Shown piece by piece: positions 38,606-51,859 of a stretch of DNA of 64,000 bases. Made by a program: the position numbers and the translations under genes. Numbering within the stretch: position 1 is the stretch's first letter; every line of letters begins with the position of its first letter. The stretch is from Chiloscyllium plagiosum (Eukaryota). The DNA is taken from contig NC_057720.1 of assembly GCF_004010195.1 (NCBI RefSeq), positions 66,938,844 through 67,002,843 of the forward strand, in the 5' to 3' direction. Under the pieces are notes generated by a model. That model was given only the letters and a program-made list of their open reading frames with translations, had not been told where the DNA came from and searched no databases.

Positions 38606-41069
38606 CTTTCAATAAATCAGAAAGATTGAAATCAGTTAAATTATAATCTTTGGCTAATAAATGTATGTTCATTAATATTGGACACACTTTAAAATTCCAT
38701 TTGCGAGATGGGAAAATCTATTAAATCCAACAGTTTTTGAGCACATGGGCAGGATGTTCCATTCGGTAGAAGGATCAGATTTTTTTCCTTTTCTTTCCTT
38801 CACTGCTACTGCTCTGCCTCATTGTCAAGGCATCAAGATGTAGTTCAATGGACTGGTTATTGGTCATTTTGAATAATTGGTAACAAGTTCCTTCCAGTCA
38901 TTAAGGTTAATACAGCTGCATTGCAGTGTCTCTGAAATAATAAAGTTGGCCATTTTAAAGTTGAGAAAACAGGACCTGGTAGGGGATATGCTTTTTGGCC
39001 ACAGTGTCCAGTCCATTCAAGTTGATTTTGCAGGGGTATTACCCGAATACTTGTGAAGTTTCTTTTCAAGAAGTCACTAGCGATTGATTGTTTAGCGGTC
39101 TTTCTATTGATTACAGAGAACGCACTGTTGATGGATCTTTTCTTGTGCTGTTATTTATCACCGCTGTAGAGTCTTGCAGTGTAGGAGCGTGATCATGACA
39201 GCTGCTCAGTACACTAGTTGACTTGCAAGAAATCTTTTGTTCAAATACTTGCTGCCATTATTGTCGAAAGTTGAGATGGCACAGCTGGTTTGGTGGTGGA
39301 TCTTTTTATCAATTATGGCCTCATGATAGAGGTAATTGCCAAGGCATGGGATGTACTCAAAGTATATCTGTATGGCCCTATTCTGCTGCCCCTTCTCAAA
39401 AGGTTCACCTCCTTCTCCTTCCCCCATCTGAAGCCAAAGTTGGAACAACAGTTTCTTTTTCTTTCAGCACAATCTATTCCAGTGTGTCTCTCCTTCAACA
39501 TATGTGAGACGTAGAATAGGAGGATGACATAGTTGGATCTGACCCAGATCCATTGTGAGAATGTCCTTGTAAAGAAATAGAATCAGAGTTAACCAAACAG
39601 GAATAAAGTCACCAAGTCAAGGAGCATCCAAAGCAATTTTCATTTGTCTGCAGAATATAGAGCAGATCACCACCTTGACAGAGGCTTATACTCTCCAACA
39701 ACCCTTTGAGTGATGCTATTGAAGGTCTTTACCACCAATAATAGCAAAGCTAGGATGTGGTGCCAGAAATAGTGCAGTGCAAAAAGTCCTCAATGTCAGA
39801 ACAGGATAAGGAAGAATCAATGTCTCACTGGCTGTGAAAGTAGAAAAAGGCTGCAGCAGCAAGATGCAGCACAATCTTCACTTGCTCATGGCAGATGATA
39901 CCCAGCATCCTTCCTCTTTGCAGAATCTTCTCTGTTTGGCTACACATGTTTTGTCCAAATAATCATCGCTGTGGCATGGTTCTCATCTCCAAGTTGTATA
40001 CAGGCTCCTCATACTTCTTTGGTTTCTCCTCCTTCTCTGATTATTCAAAGTTCTGACTCAAAATATTTAGAATAATGTTGTTTTTAAGTGTAATAACTAT
40101 AAATATGTCTTCTGCTTGCTCTTCATTTAGCCTTTGCATGGAATCAGACCTCAGCCATAGTAACTTCAAGTATTCCCTGCTAGCCCCATTTTTTACTCAA
40201 TTCATTTGCAGCAAACCACCCTTCCTTTCCTCAATCTCATGCGTCCTATAAACATTCAAGGTCAGATACTTGGTCATCCCTTTAACCTCAGCATCTCTCA
40301 TGGCCCCTCCTTTTATGCCCATATCTCAATTACTGATAAAATGATCCCTGACCCCCATTCTCCCCCAATTCCACTACTTTTACCATTTCTACATGATAGA
40401 AACTCTCCTGTAGTTGATCATCCACTGGAACTGGGGCTGTCATCAAGAGCACTACTATAACGAAAACAGTCCAGTAAAATGATCTGAAACTCAGCATACA
40501 ATCTAGATTAAATTAAATTAGCTCCAAACATCTCACCACTGGAACAGCTACCATTATAATCAGATTAAAATAAACTCTTCCTTCTATCGTCTTGAGGATC
40601 AGTTATAGTTTGATGATATTAATAGGTATCAATCAACAGCGAGAAAAACAGAAAGTCTACATTTGAAAAAGGCAGCCAATAACTTATAAGAGAGTCACAA
40701 ACCATAAATTTCATTGCAACAAACAAACTAGTTGGTAAAATGTTGTGAAATTTTAATATACCTAAAACTATATGCTTGCAAGAGTTAAAATCAGGTGCAG
40801 CAGCTCTGGTTATAGCTGCCTTCTATTCCAAACTGATAACTCTGGTAACTGTAGCATTCTTTAAAGGAATTTTCAAATCCAAGGCTTGAGTGCAAAAATC
40901 AAAGCCGACATTCTAGTGCCAAGACCATATTACACTATTGGAGATGTTCTCCTTTGCATGAGAGACTAAATTAAGATCCTGTTTAGATGACATAAAAGAT
41001 CCCATTGCATTATTTTGAAAAATAGAAAAATTATTGACAGTATACTGGCTAATAATTATATCCTAGTCG

Positions 41070-41220
41070 AAAAGTGTGGTGCTAGAAAAACACAGCTGGT
41101 CAGGCAGCATCCAAGGAGCAGGAGAGTCGATGTTTCGAGCATAAGCTCTTCATCAGCTTTTTCCAGCACCACACTTTTCAACTCTGATCTCCAGCATCAG
41201 CGGTCCTCACTCTCTCCTAA
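41070..41220. mobile_element. Short Penelope-terminus-derived element with internal inversion and hammerhead core
   Basis: AAAAGTGTGGTGCT...AGCACCACACTTTT inverted; core at 41125-41156 on the minus strand. Confidence 0.65.
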
Positions 41221-41465
41221 TAATTAAGTCCCAATCAACATCGAAAGAAACTTCTGATCAATATCAAAATGCTGTGTGCAAACTAGCTGTAGTATTTCCT
41301 CTATAACAACAGTGACTACATTTCAAAAGAATTTTACCAGCCATCTATGATGTTCACCAGATGTGAAACCTTCCATATAAATTTAAATCGTTTTCAATCT
41401 TTTCCACAAATTGTTCCGAACATCTAATACCTTAAATATTCATAAATACTTTGCAGATATCTTAC

Positions 41466-41623
41466 CTAGCTACAATGTGTTGTCCGACAGTTAACCCAAG
41501 ACAGCAGTCACTGGGCAGCTGGAATCTATACAGGTAAGTGTCGGCTGTCAGCTGTTCCACAGACTCTATCTGAAAAGCACTCCATTTCTCAGGTCCAATT
41601 ATTTGCAAGTCATTTTGTGTTGG
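41466..41623 (-). CDS. CYB5RL: CYB5RL coding exon 2 (start of FAD-binding domain)
   Basis: tttcag acceptor and gtaag donor; 158 bp: PTQNDLQIIGPEKWSAFQIESVEQLTADTYLYRFQLP..LGLTVGQHIVAR. Confidence 0.9.
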
Positions 41624-42686
41624 CTGAAACAAGACATGAAATAAGATATTTCTAATTAATAATGGCCAATGTCATTAGATTTCTGTTCTGTTTGGATAGT
41701 TCAAAACTGAAACAAGGAAAATTAAGATCTATAAATCCATTCATTTGTGCACAAATTAAGATGGTTTTGAGATAATTACCATAATCCAGTGTTTGGATTT
41801 CACCTTCTTGCCATCCATGTCATAGTTATTCTAATCTGTCAAAGTAAATGTTCTTCTATACTTAAAAAATGATCCTGATGAGTATTATCATCAAAGTGGA
41901 ATGTTTCTTTTTAAACAGTATGATCTTATAACAACATTCTGTGCAACTGAAAGTTTGTTATGATTGTTGGATTAATAGAAGCACTTTCAGTTCCAAAATA
42001 TTTTACTATTGATTGTCCCAAATACTAAAAAAATGTCTACTACATAAACTTGTCATTGTCTTAGAATGTGTGCTTTATACCAGGTTTTGAACTTGTATTT
42101 GGACATGCATTGACCCTTTTTGCAGGGTCAGTACCACTGAACTCTACTCCCTGTCTGACCTGTTCCAGGATCAATATTTTGTACTCTCATCTGGGATTGG
42201 TCCAAACAATAGTGCAACCGCTAACCTGCCCCATGACCCCATAACCTCTCCAATGATCGAGCCACCAAAGAATTTTGAAATTGTTGGTTTTAAATCTTGT
42301 CAAATCCCCATTATATTCAGTTTGTATCCTTTTTTCATGTTGGCCATAATTTGGATAACCAGGTTTTTCACAACTTATCAAGGGCCTGACTTATATTCAA
42401 ATGATATATATTAAAGTTAGTAACTATACTCAGGTGCACAATATACAAATCGTTTTATTTTCGATGCAAGGATTGAAGGAGTGTCAATCTTCTGCACTAA
42501 TATTCTTACTTTCTCTTCAACAGGTGCTAACTTTCATTGGGTTCTAAATTTATAGTGCGGTCTAATAGCCAAATGAGAATTCGTCGCAGGTGACTCAGAC
42601 AACTCACAACAGGTTATCACACTATGTGGAATTAATATCAAACCTGATCCAGATTTCATCAGGCACACACATTTCATTAAGGCTAC

Positions 42687-42860
42687 CTCAGAGCTCTGAC
42701 TCAAAAAACTTTGGTCTCCTTTTGCTTTTGCCTGTTTCCATTCGTTGAGTTCCCGCTCATAAATATCGAATACACATGGTTTACATCCACTACCACAACA
42801 CTGGGAAGGCAAAGGCTCTTGGGGTCGAAGAGAAAGCCATTCATCCTCACTGTAAGCCAT
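42687..42860 (-). CDS. CYB5RL: CYB5RL first coding exon (oxidoreductase-like N-terminal domain)
   Basis: MAYSEDEWLSLRPQEPLPSQCCGSGCKPCVFDIYE. A tttgcag acceptor 3 nt before the ATG implies an upstream non-coding exon. Total CDS is 933 bp. Confidence 0.92.
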
Positions 42861-44438
42861 CACCTGCAAAATACAATATTAAAAAAACTGACAGTGTGTA
42901 GCTCTTATTGTTAACTTTTTCAGCGCAAAAACGTGAATATTCATTACAGATCTTACAAATTATATCTTGTATTTTCAACAGTAGAGAATTTTGAAGACAA
43001 TTTTCAAGTTAAGGCTACAACCAAAGAGAACACTGAATTACATTACAAAATTTATTTTTAGACTTTGTAGTCATTTACCAATACATTTTAACGCAGAGGT
43101 ATACTGAAGTAATTGTGCAAACTCAATAAATATTCACTGTCTTTACTGGAACTACAGTGGTAGTGGTTAGATAAGCCTATTATCACACCCTCAGTCACAT
43201 GTTGAAAAATGCAGGCCAAATCGATAAGCATTTCTACCACACAAATGCTAAATAATGACCATCTCAAACAAGAGAGAATCTAACCTTCTCACTTTGACAT
43301 TCAATGGGATTACGATCACTGAATCGCCCACTATCAACAACCTGGGAGTTACCACTGACCAGAAGCAGAACTGGACCAGCCATAGTGTAGCTATAAGAGC
43401 AAGTTAGAGACTAAAAATTCTAGGAGCAGGTAACTTCTTTTTCCTGCATTGCCTGTTAATGGGGCACAAATCAGGAGTGTGATTCTCTACTTGTCTGGAT
43501 GAGTACAGCTCCAACAACACTCAAGTAGCTTGATGCCACTGAGGACAAAGCAACTGGTTTGATTGGTAACCTATCCATCAACATTAATTTCCTTCCTATT
43601 GATGAACAGTAGCAATGATGTGTATCACAAACAAGATGCAGTGCAGGAACTCCCCAAGATTCACTGACAGCATTATCCAAATGCACAACTTCTACTACAT
43701 TGAGCAGTAGATACATGTATATTACCACCATAATTTCCATACAGGAGACACAATCCTACTTTGGAATTGTATAACTGTTCCTTCATATTGTTGGGTCAAA
43801 ATGCTGGAACTCCCTTCCTCATAGCATTGTGGGTGTCCCTGTACCACAAAGAGTTCAGGTAGGCCACTCACAACCATCTATCAAGGACAATTAATGAATT
43901 TTTTAACAATTCATTTTAAAAATCAATGTTAGCTATAAAAATACCCACATAAGAACATTTTCCTCGCACAAGTTCCAGGTTCAGGTTTTAATGAGGTACT
44001 AAAAACTGACACAAAGGTTAACTGCAACCTATCCAATTTCAGCTTACTGTTATAAGACATCAATTAGTTATCTTTCCGTGTAATTTTCAGAAAAAAAATG
44101 TTGTTGTGTTTCTTTGCTGATCTCTTTTGCTAGTTTGCCTCAGTATTTCACAACTGAGTACTTATGAAAGAACCAGTTGGCACAGCAGTGAATTAAGAAA
44201 TTAACCTACTTGTATTTATATATTTTTACTGTAAGAAAATATCCCAAGGCACAGTGGCACTACTAAGCAAAATATGACTGTGAGACGCATAAGCAGATAC
44301 TAGGACAAATGCCAAAAAGCTTGATAAAAGATTTTAAAGAGTATTTTGAAAGAGGTAAGTGAGGTATAGAAATGAAGAGATTTATGAGGATAGAATTCCA
44401 GGGCTAAGAGCCTGAGCAATCAAAAGCATTGCCACCAT

Positions 44439-45705
44439 AGAGTCATAGAGATTACAGCACAGAAACAGACCCTTCAGTCAAACTCATCCATGCTGACCAG
44501 ATATCCCAACCCAATCTAGTCCCACCTGCCCGTACCTGGCCCATATCCCTCCAAACCCTTCCTATTCATATACCCATCCAAGATGCCTCTTAAATGTTGC
44601 AATTGCACTTGCCTCCACCACTTCCTCTGGCAGCTCATTCCAAACATGTACCACTCTCTGCGTGAAGAAGTTGTCCCTTAGGTATCTTTTATATCTTTCC
44701 CCTCTCACCCTAAACCTATACTCTCCCACCCCAGGGAAAATACTTTTGTCTGTTTATCTTATCCATGTCCCTATGCCCCTCATGATTTTATAAACCTCGA
44801 TAAGGTCACCCTTCAGCCTCCAACACACCAGGGAAAACAGCCCTAGCCTATTCAACCTCTCCCCATAGCTCAAATCCTCCAAACCTGGCAATATCCTTGT
44901 CAATCTTTTCTGAACCCTTTCAAGTTTCACAACATCTGTCCGATAGGAAGGAGACCAGAATTGCACGCAATATTTCAACAGTGACCTAACCAACATTCTG
45001 TACAGCTGCAACATTACCTCCCAACCCGTGTACTCAATACTCTGACCAATAAAGGAAAGCATACCAAACGCCTTCTTCACTATCCTATCTACCTGCGACT
45101 CCACTTTCAAGGAGCTATGAACCTGCACTCCAAGATCTCTCTGTTCAGCAACACTTCCTAGGAGCTTACCATTAAATGTATAAGTCCTTCTAAGATTTGC
45201 TTTCCCAAAATGCAGCACCTCACATTTATCTAAATTAAACTTCATCTGCCACTTCTCAGCTCATTGTACCATCTGATCAAGATCCCATTGTAATCTGATG
45301 TAACCTTCTTCGCTGTCCATTACACCTTCAATTTTAGTGTCATCAGCAAACTTACGAACTATACCTCTTACGCTCACTTCCAAATCATTTATGTAAATCA
45401 CGAAAAGTAGCGGACCCAGCCCTGATCCTTGTGGCACTCCACTGGTCACAGGCCTCCAGTCTGAAAAACAACCCTTCACCATCACCCTCTGTCTTCTACC
45501 TTTGAGCCAGTTCTGTATCCAAATGGCGAGTTCTCCCTGTATTCCATGAGATCTAACCTTGCTCACTAATCCCCCATGGGGAACCTTGTCGAATGTCTTA
45601 CTGAAGTTCATATAGATCGCATCTACTGCTCTGCCCTCATCAATCCTCTGTTAATTCTTCAAAAAACTCAATCAAGTTTGTAAGACATGATTTCCCATGC
45701 ACCAA
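44439..45705 (-). mobile_element. CR1-clade LINE, 5'-truncated
   Basis: GVPQGS and KFADD RT motifs with in-frame stops; same subfamily as 5630-7050. Confidence 0.93.
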
Positions 45706-46234
45706 TGATGAAGAAATTAAAAATTGGAGATGCTCAAGAAGTCAGAACTAGAGGAGTACAAATATCACAGAGCATTGAGAGGCTGAAGGAGATAGGGACA
45801 TTATGGAAGGATTTGAAAACAAGAATGTAAATTTTACAATTGAGGCATCTGGGAGCTAATGTCAAACAACAGTTACACAGTTAGTAGTAAATAGAACTAA
45901 GTGTGAATTATGACATAGACAGCAGAGCCTTATGGATGTGTGAGAAAATAAGGCTGATGAGAAGAGGATTGCAGCTTCTGAAACATGGTTCTAACGAACA
46001 GTCCTTAGAATCAGGGCTGACAGAGCAAAAAGCCAATGAATTTGTCCACAGGAAAACAGGGACCCTCAGCATTTCATAGGCTTGAAGAAGTTGAGCTGAG
46101 AACATAATATCATCAGAAAAGGTGCAGTCAGAGTCTGTTTTTGGCAAAAATAGAAGATGAGTATCAGGAAAGCACCATGAACAATGGCAGGCAAACATGA
46201 CAGGCTGGTCAGAAGTACTTTTGAATTGTCAAGT

Positions 46235-47965
46235 CTAAAACAGTAAATGCATGGAGGAAGGTTTCAACAGCAGGTGAACGCGGATAGACACAGAGTAAGA
46301 TTGTATTATGAAGGTACAACAGGGGGTCAAGGACATTTGGCCTTGGATCTTCAGGTGGCCATCCTCCAAGGTGGACTTCGGGATACTCAACAAGGTGGAA
46401 TCGCTGACCAGAGGCTGATAGCCAACTTCAATACCCATGAGGATGGCCTCAACTGGGATCTTGGGCTCATGTCACACTACAGGTGATCCCACTACACTAT
46501 ACACTCTCACACAATCACACTCACGCAGGCAGTCTCTCTCACACACGCGCTCTCAGACACACACACCCTCTCTCACAGGCATATACTCCTATCACACTTG
46601 CATTGTCTGAGCTGAGATGACACCTTCTTTGATAAAACCTTAAGTTATGTGTCTTGAAAGAAGGTCGTGCCTCACAAACCTTATTGAATTCTTTGAGAAA
46701 GTGACTAAGGAGGTGGACGAGGGGAAAGCAGTAGATGTGGTGTATATGGATTTTAGTAAGGCGTTTGATAAGGTTCCCCATGGTAGACTACTGCAAAAAA
46801 TACGGAGGTATGGCATTGAGGGTGAGTTGGAGGTTTGGATTAGGGGTTGGCTGGCCGGAAGNNNNNNNNNNNNNNNNNNNNNNNNNNNNNNNNNNNNNNN
46901 NNNNNNNNNNNNNNNNNNNNNNNNNNNNNNNNNNNNNNNNNNNNNNNNNNNNNNNNNNNNNNNNNNNNNNNNNNNNNNNNNNNNNNNNNNNNNNNNNNNN
47001 NNNNNNNNNNNNNNNNNNNNNNNNNNNNNNNNNNNNNNNNNNNNNNNNNNNNNNNNNNNNNNNNNNNNNNNNNNNNNNNNNNNNNNNNNNNNNNNNNNNN
47101 NNNNNNNNNNNNNNNNNNNNNNNNNNNNNNNNNNNNNNNNNNNNNNNNNNNNNNNNNNNNNNNNNNNNNNNNNNNNNNNNNNNNNNNNNNNNNNNNNNNN
47201 NNNNNNNNNNNNNNNNNNNNNNNNNNNNNNNNNNNNNNNNNNNNNNNNNNNNNNNNNNNNNNNNNNNNNNNNNNNNNNNNNNNNNNNNNNNNNNNNNNNN
47301 NNNNNNNNNNNNNNNNNNNNNNNNNNNNNNNNNNNNNNNNNNNNNNNNNNNNNNNNNNNNNNNNNNNNNNNNNNNNNNNNNNNNNNNNNNNNNNNNNNNN
47401 NNNNNNNNNNNNNNNNNNNNNNNNNNCTTTTTCCACTTATGGAGTCAGCTATTACAAGGGGGCATAGCTTTAAATTAAGGGGGGGTAGGTATAGGACAGA
47501 TGTTAGGGGTAGGTTCTTTACTCAGCGAGTCGTGAGTTCATGGAATGCCCTGCCAGTAGCAGTAGTGGACTCTCCCTCATTATGGGCATTTAAGCGGGCA
47601 TTGGATAGGCATATGGAGGATAGTGGGCTAGTGTAGGTTAGGTGGGCTTGGATTGGTGCAACATCGAGGGCCGACTGGCCTGTACTGCGCTGTATTCTTC
47701 TATGTTCTATGTTCTGGGATTTGGCAAATCAAATGAATCAAAACCTGCAACCCATTCTAAGTGATTAAGATTTAACAGCAATCAAGGTTTGTTCAATACA
47801 TCACATCAGTTGCATCACACTTTGATATTTTACTATAAATTCTGTGTCCTATGATCCTGCCCCACTAGCTACCTGATGAAGGAGTTTCTGAAAGTTTCTA
47901 CTTCCAAATAAACCTGTTGAGTGATTTTTAACTTTATCCACCCCAGTCCAACACTGGCACCTTTG
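46235..47965 (+). mobile_element. Penelope-derived repeat (46235-46647 and 47715-47965) split by a CR1 insertion (about 46650-47714) that contains an assembly gap
   Basis: The left part encodes a GIY-YIG C-terminal-like peptide (QRLIANFNTHEDGLNWDLG). The CR1 has RSCLTNLIEFFE/YMDFSKAFDKV and a (TTCTATG) tail. The right part matches 2385-2612. Confidence 0.75.
46862..47426. other. Assembly gap (565 N)
   Basis: Run of N. Confidence 1.
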
Positions 47966-48699
47966 CATCAGTCTAATGGGATTGATAGTACATCTTGAGG
48001 TCAAATATGACACCAAGCCTTCAACCAATTTGGTTCAGTAGCAGATAGATGCCATATAGAGTCAGTGGTTAGGGTAAATCAGCATTTTAGAGTACAGAAA
48101 TAAAAAAAACTGGATCAGTAAAAGTGAATCTTCACTGGTTCACGAGTGTTATTTAGTGAACAAAACTGGTGTTCATTACCGTGTTTTAACAATGTGTGAC
48201 ATCTGTTCAAATTAATGTGTCGACTCTCAAACTATCGAGCAAGCTTGTCATCATCACCTTCTGAAAGCCAATTGGAGATGGGCAATAAATGTCAGCAACA
48301 CCAATGACCCAACAATAAAAAAAAGAAATTGCTGGCAAAGCTCAGCAGGTCTGACAGCATCTGTGGGAAGAAAGCAGGTTTATTTGGAAATACTAGCTTT
48401 CAGGGCGCTGCTCCTTCATCAGGTTACCACCACCTCGGTGTTTGCAAACTGGCAGCCGTGTTTGAAATCAGACAGAACAAGTGATCATTCTTCGAAAGGT
48501 TCGTTGGCCTGTGGCACGCATGGGATGTCCCAAGAACATGAAGGACTCTTGACAAAAGCGCATTCCTTCAATGTCTCCTTTGCGAAAATTACTCAGCAAA
48601 ACATCTGAGCCTCAAAGGACCGAAACTGGTACTTTAATGATACAAAGCCTACGGAGAGAAAAAGTAAATCGTTATTTTAAAGTAAGGCAGAGCTCACTA

Positions 48700-49045
48700 A
48701 TGAAGTGGTCTCAGCTGGCACAGTGGTTGGGCTGCAAATCCCATTTGAGGTGCTCGGTCTAGGCTCAGGATACGGTGTACCAACAACCAGGACAATCCCA
48801 ACACCTCCAACCGTCGCCGCTGGTCCCGCCCACTAGACAGGTTCTTCTCTCATTGGTGAAACGTGGCGATTCTTTCTATCTCTTTGGCCATTTCCAATGT
48901 CAATCAAACCTAACAGTTGCGGTCAAAGTTTAATTCCCGTCATGCCTTTCGGAACCTTGTTGTCACAGTAACGCGAACCGGCCTGACTTTTCTCCTGAAG
49001 CCTCGGATTAACCAGCAGATTTCTTTTATTTTTAAATTCGTCGCT
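48700..49045. promoter_or_regulatory. Putative bidirectional CpG-rich promoter for CYB5RL / MRPL37
   Basis: Local CpG enrichment, GC box CCCGCCC at 48825-48831, and CCAAT boxes in opposite orientations (ATTGG 48852-48856, CCAAT 48894-48898), between two divergent genes. Confidence 0.6.
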
Positions 49046-49370
49046 ATGTGGTGCCGGGCTTCGGGTGTCCGAGCGGTAAATTTAGTCCCTGCCTTGTCAG
49101 GCTGCCGTACCCTCCATGTCGCCGCTGGGTTATCCGCCCAAGCCCAGCGACCGCAGAAAATGCCGGAGCCGGTAGAAATCCCCGGACTGGAGCCTATCAC
49201 TTATTGGGACAGAATGCACTACGTGCCGGGCCTAGCCGACCCCAAATGCCCACCCTGGGACAGAGGATGGGAAGACCCGTGGCATCGCCGGGGTCCCAAA
49301 TATGAGGAAATGCCGCTGTACAAGGAGAAGCCGTGTTTCACGTTTCACCAGAGAACTAAGATGTTGGAGG
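49046..49370 (+). CDS. MRPL37: MRPL37 (mL37) coding exon 1, with mitochondrial-presequence-like N-terminus
   Basis: MWCRASGVRAV..EIPGLEPITYWDRMHYVPGLA..FHQRTKMLE|G gtaagg; 325 bp. Confidence 0.92.
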
Positions 49371-49859
49371 GTAAGGACAGGGCTGTTTGGCTACAAGAAC
49401 ACGATAGGTGGGAGCAAGAGTCAGCTATATCGTCTGTCATTACAGCCATGGCTGGGTTTGGGTTTTAACTCTGCTTTCCTGGTCATTTCCTATATCCCGC
49501 GTTCTCTGAGACACGAAAAATATATGTCTGCCCCAGCCTTTAACATACTAAACAATGGAAACTTCACTAACTTCAAGGAAAGATAATTGCTAATGTTCAC
49601 AACACTGAGTGAAGAAGCTTCTCCTCATTTCAGTCCTAAATAATCGATTCTCATGTATGGAAATACGAATAGGGTACATAAGTATGTCATTCAAACCTGC
49701 TACACCACTTAGTAAGATCATGGTTGACTTGTTTACGTTTTGAAATACATTCCCATCAATTGATTCCCTTGCTGAACAATCCCAGATCTGCCTTGAGTGT
49801 CCAGTGATTCTGAGGAAGGGGTTCCAAAGTGCCTCAATTCTGAGGGAAAGATTTTATCT

Positions 49860-50135
49860 TTAGATTAGATTACTTACAGTGTGGAAACAGGCCCTTCAGC
49901 CCAACAAGTCCACACCGTCCCAGACCCATTCCCCTACATTTACCCTTACACCAAACACTACGGGAAACTTAACATGGTCAATTTACCTAACCTGCACATT
50001 TTTGGACTGTGGGAGGAAACTGGAGCACCCGGAGGAAACCCACGCAGACATGGGGAGAATGTGCAAACTCCACACACAGAGTTGCCTGAGGCAGGAATTG
50101 AACCTGGATCTCTGGTGCTGTGAGCCACCGTGCCA
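49860..50135 (-). mobile_element. tRNA-derived SINE (HE1-like)
   Basis: Same family as 23937-24252. Confidence 0.85.
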
Positions 50136-50159
50136 CCCAACTTTCTCCTTGACTCTGTT

Positions 50160-50500
50160 CAAAAAGAGTGATCCCTAATTCTGTACTCACCCACAAGAGG
50201 AAACATTCTTTCCATATTCACCTTGTCAAGACTGTTCAGGATCTTATATACTTTAACCAAGTCACTCCTCCATTATTTAAACTCCAGTGGAAACAAGCCT
50301 ATTCTGTCCAACCTCTCCTCTTAAAGTCAACTTACTCAATTCAAGTACTAAGCTAGTAAACTTCCTCTGAATTGCTTCCAGCTGATTATCATCCTTCCTT
50401 AAATAAGGAGAACAAAAACTGCAGACAATATTCAACATGAGGTTACCAGTGCCCTGCACAACTGAAGCATAACATCATTATTTTTATGTACAATTCCTCA
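50160..50500 (-). mobile_element. Decayed CR1 LINE 3' fragment
   Basis: Encodes SPYLRKD..LEAIQRKFT. Confidence 0.6.
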
Positions 50501-51859
50501 TTCTGTGACTGTGCCCCTGCATTTTAGATTCCCTGACCAGCAAAAGCAATCACTCAGCATTTACCCTGTCATGGCCTTTCAGAATTGTGTAATTTTGAAT
50601 GAGATCCCCCCTCATACTTTTGAACTTGAGAATATAGACCTAATTTGTTCAGGCTGTCTCTCCAAACCAACAGATTCATTTAGTGAACATTTTCAGTACT
50701 TCCTCCAGCATGTAATTTCTTGTCCCTCCTTAACCAGTTCCTCAATGGGACAGCTTTTACTGCTGTGATTAGTTCAAGTTTCACTGCCCTGAGTGGCCAT
50801 TTAGTACAGTTTGTGAAGCAAAGATTGGAGTCCAGCTTACCCCACTGAGTCGCAGATAGTTCCCCTCCTCTTTGATCAAGAGGCCCTCTTTATGATGCAA
50901 TCTATGAACTTTGAGGGGAAAAAGGGACCAATTGAGAGATTGAATATGTTGAAGTTGTCTATTTCTGATTATGCAAAATACGGTGAATATTGGTTCAGAA
51001 TTAGAGGCTTCAAATAGAATTGAATGTAAGACTAACCAATGACATTCTTCTCAGTACCCTATTCCAAGCTCTAAAGTTTGTCATAGCTTGCAGTCCCTCC
51101 ATCTATGTACAGGGCAAACAAAATGATGCAAATTGGTGAGACATTATCACTTAGACTGTTTGTCTCCACAACACGGCTCACATCCAGTGATGCCAACCCC
51201 CATTTCATAAAGCGTGAGACCAACCCTAGGTCAAGAAACTTCGTATGAATTCATGAGAAGCTCATGTTTTCAACTTGAATCAACATGGATTCACAGATGT
51301 TTTTCAAACGTCAATCTCAAATTAGTCAGGACTGTATACAAAAACAAAATTTAAAGATTCTCAAAATGATTTTTAAAAAAACCTTTCCTGTTATTTTTGG
51401 TAAGATCATGGCTGGACTTAAGAGAAGAGGTTCACATGCCTCGTTTTGCAGCAAAAAACACTGAATGTAGAACATATGTTGGTGGACCTGGATAGTGAGC
51501 GGGGAATATTCATCTGCATAAGATTGCATTTGTGTATTTCAGTCTATTAGATTAATATAGCTCTGAAATTACTTTGGCTGCAAATATTAATTTTTAATTT
51601 TTTTAATAATTAGCATGCACATGCTCATTATATTTGTTATTTTTAAATGTACTTGTGGATAACTTGTTAGCTTATGAGTATTTATCTGCATTAATTATTG
51701 CTGCATTTATGTATCTCTATCACTTGTAAATGCAACTGTATGAAACTTTGTACCCTAAATCATCTGTAGTTTAATATTTTTAAAAATTTATCCACAGTTC
51801 TATTTCCCATATTTTTTTTCCCAAAATGTTTGATTCATTTCTGTTTTATACATTGCGAC

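Noticed and set aside
39190-39950. Cluster of short overlapping ORFs in a CYB5RL intron
   Set aside because: No recognisable motif or consistent exon structure. It may be an ancient repeat, but I cannot support a call.
46647-47636. Long ORFs (198-329 aa) around 46.6-47.6 kb
   Set aside because: Artefacts of the N gap inside a CR1 element.
48917-49468. 183-aa ORF as a standalone gene
   Set aside because: It is MRPL37 exon 1 with an upstream non-ATG extension and read-through into the intron.
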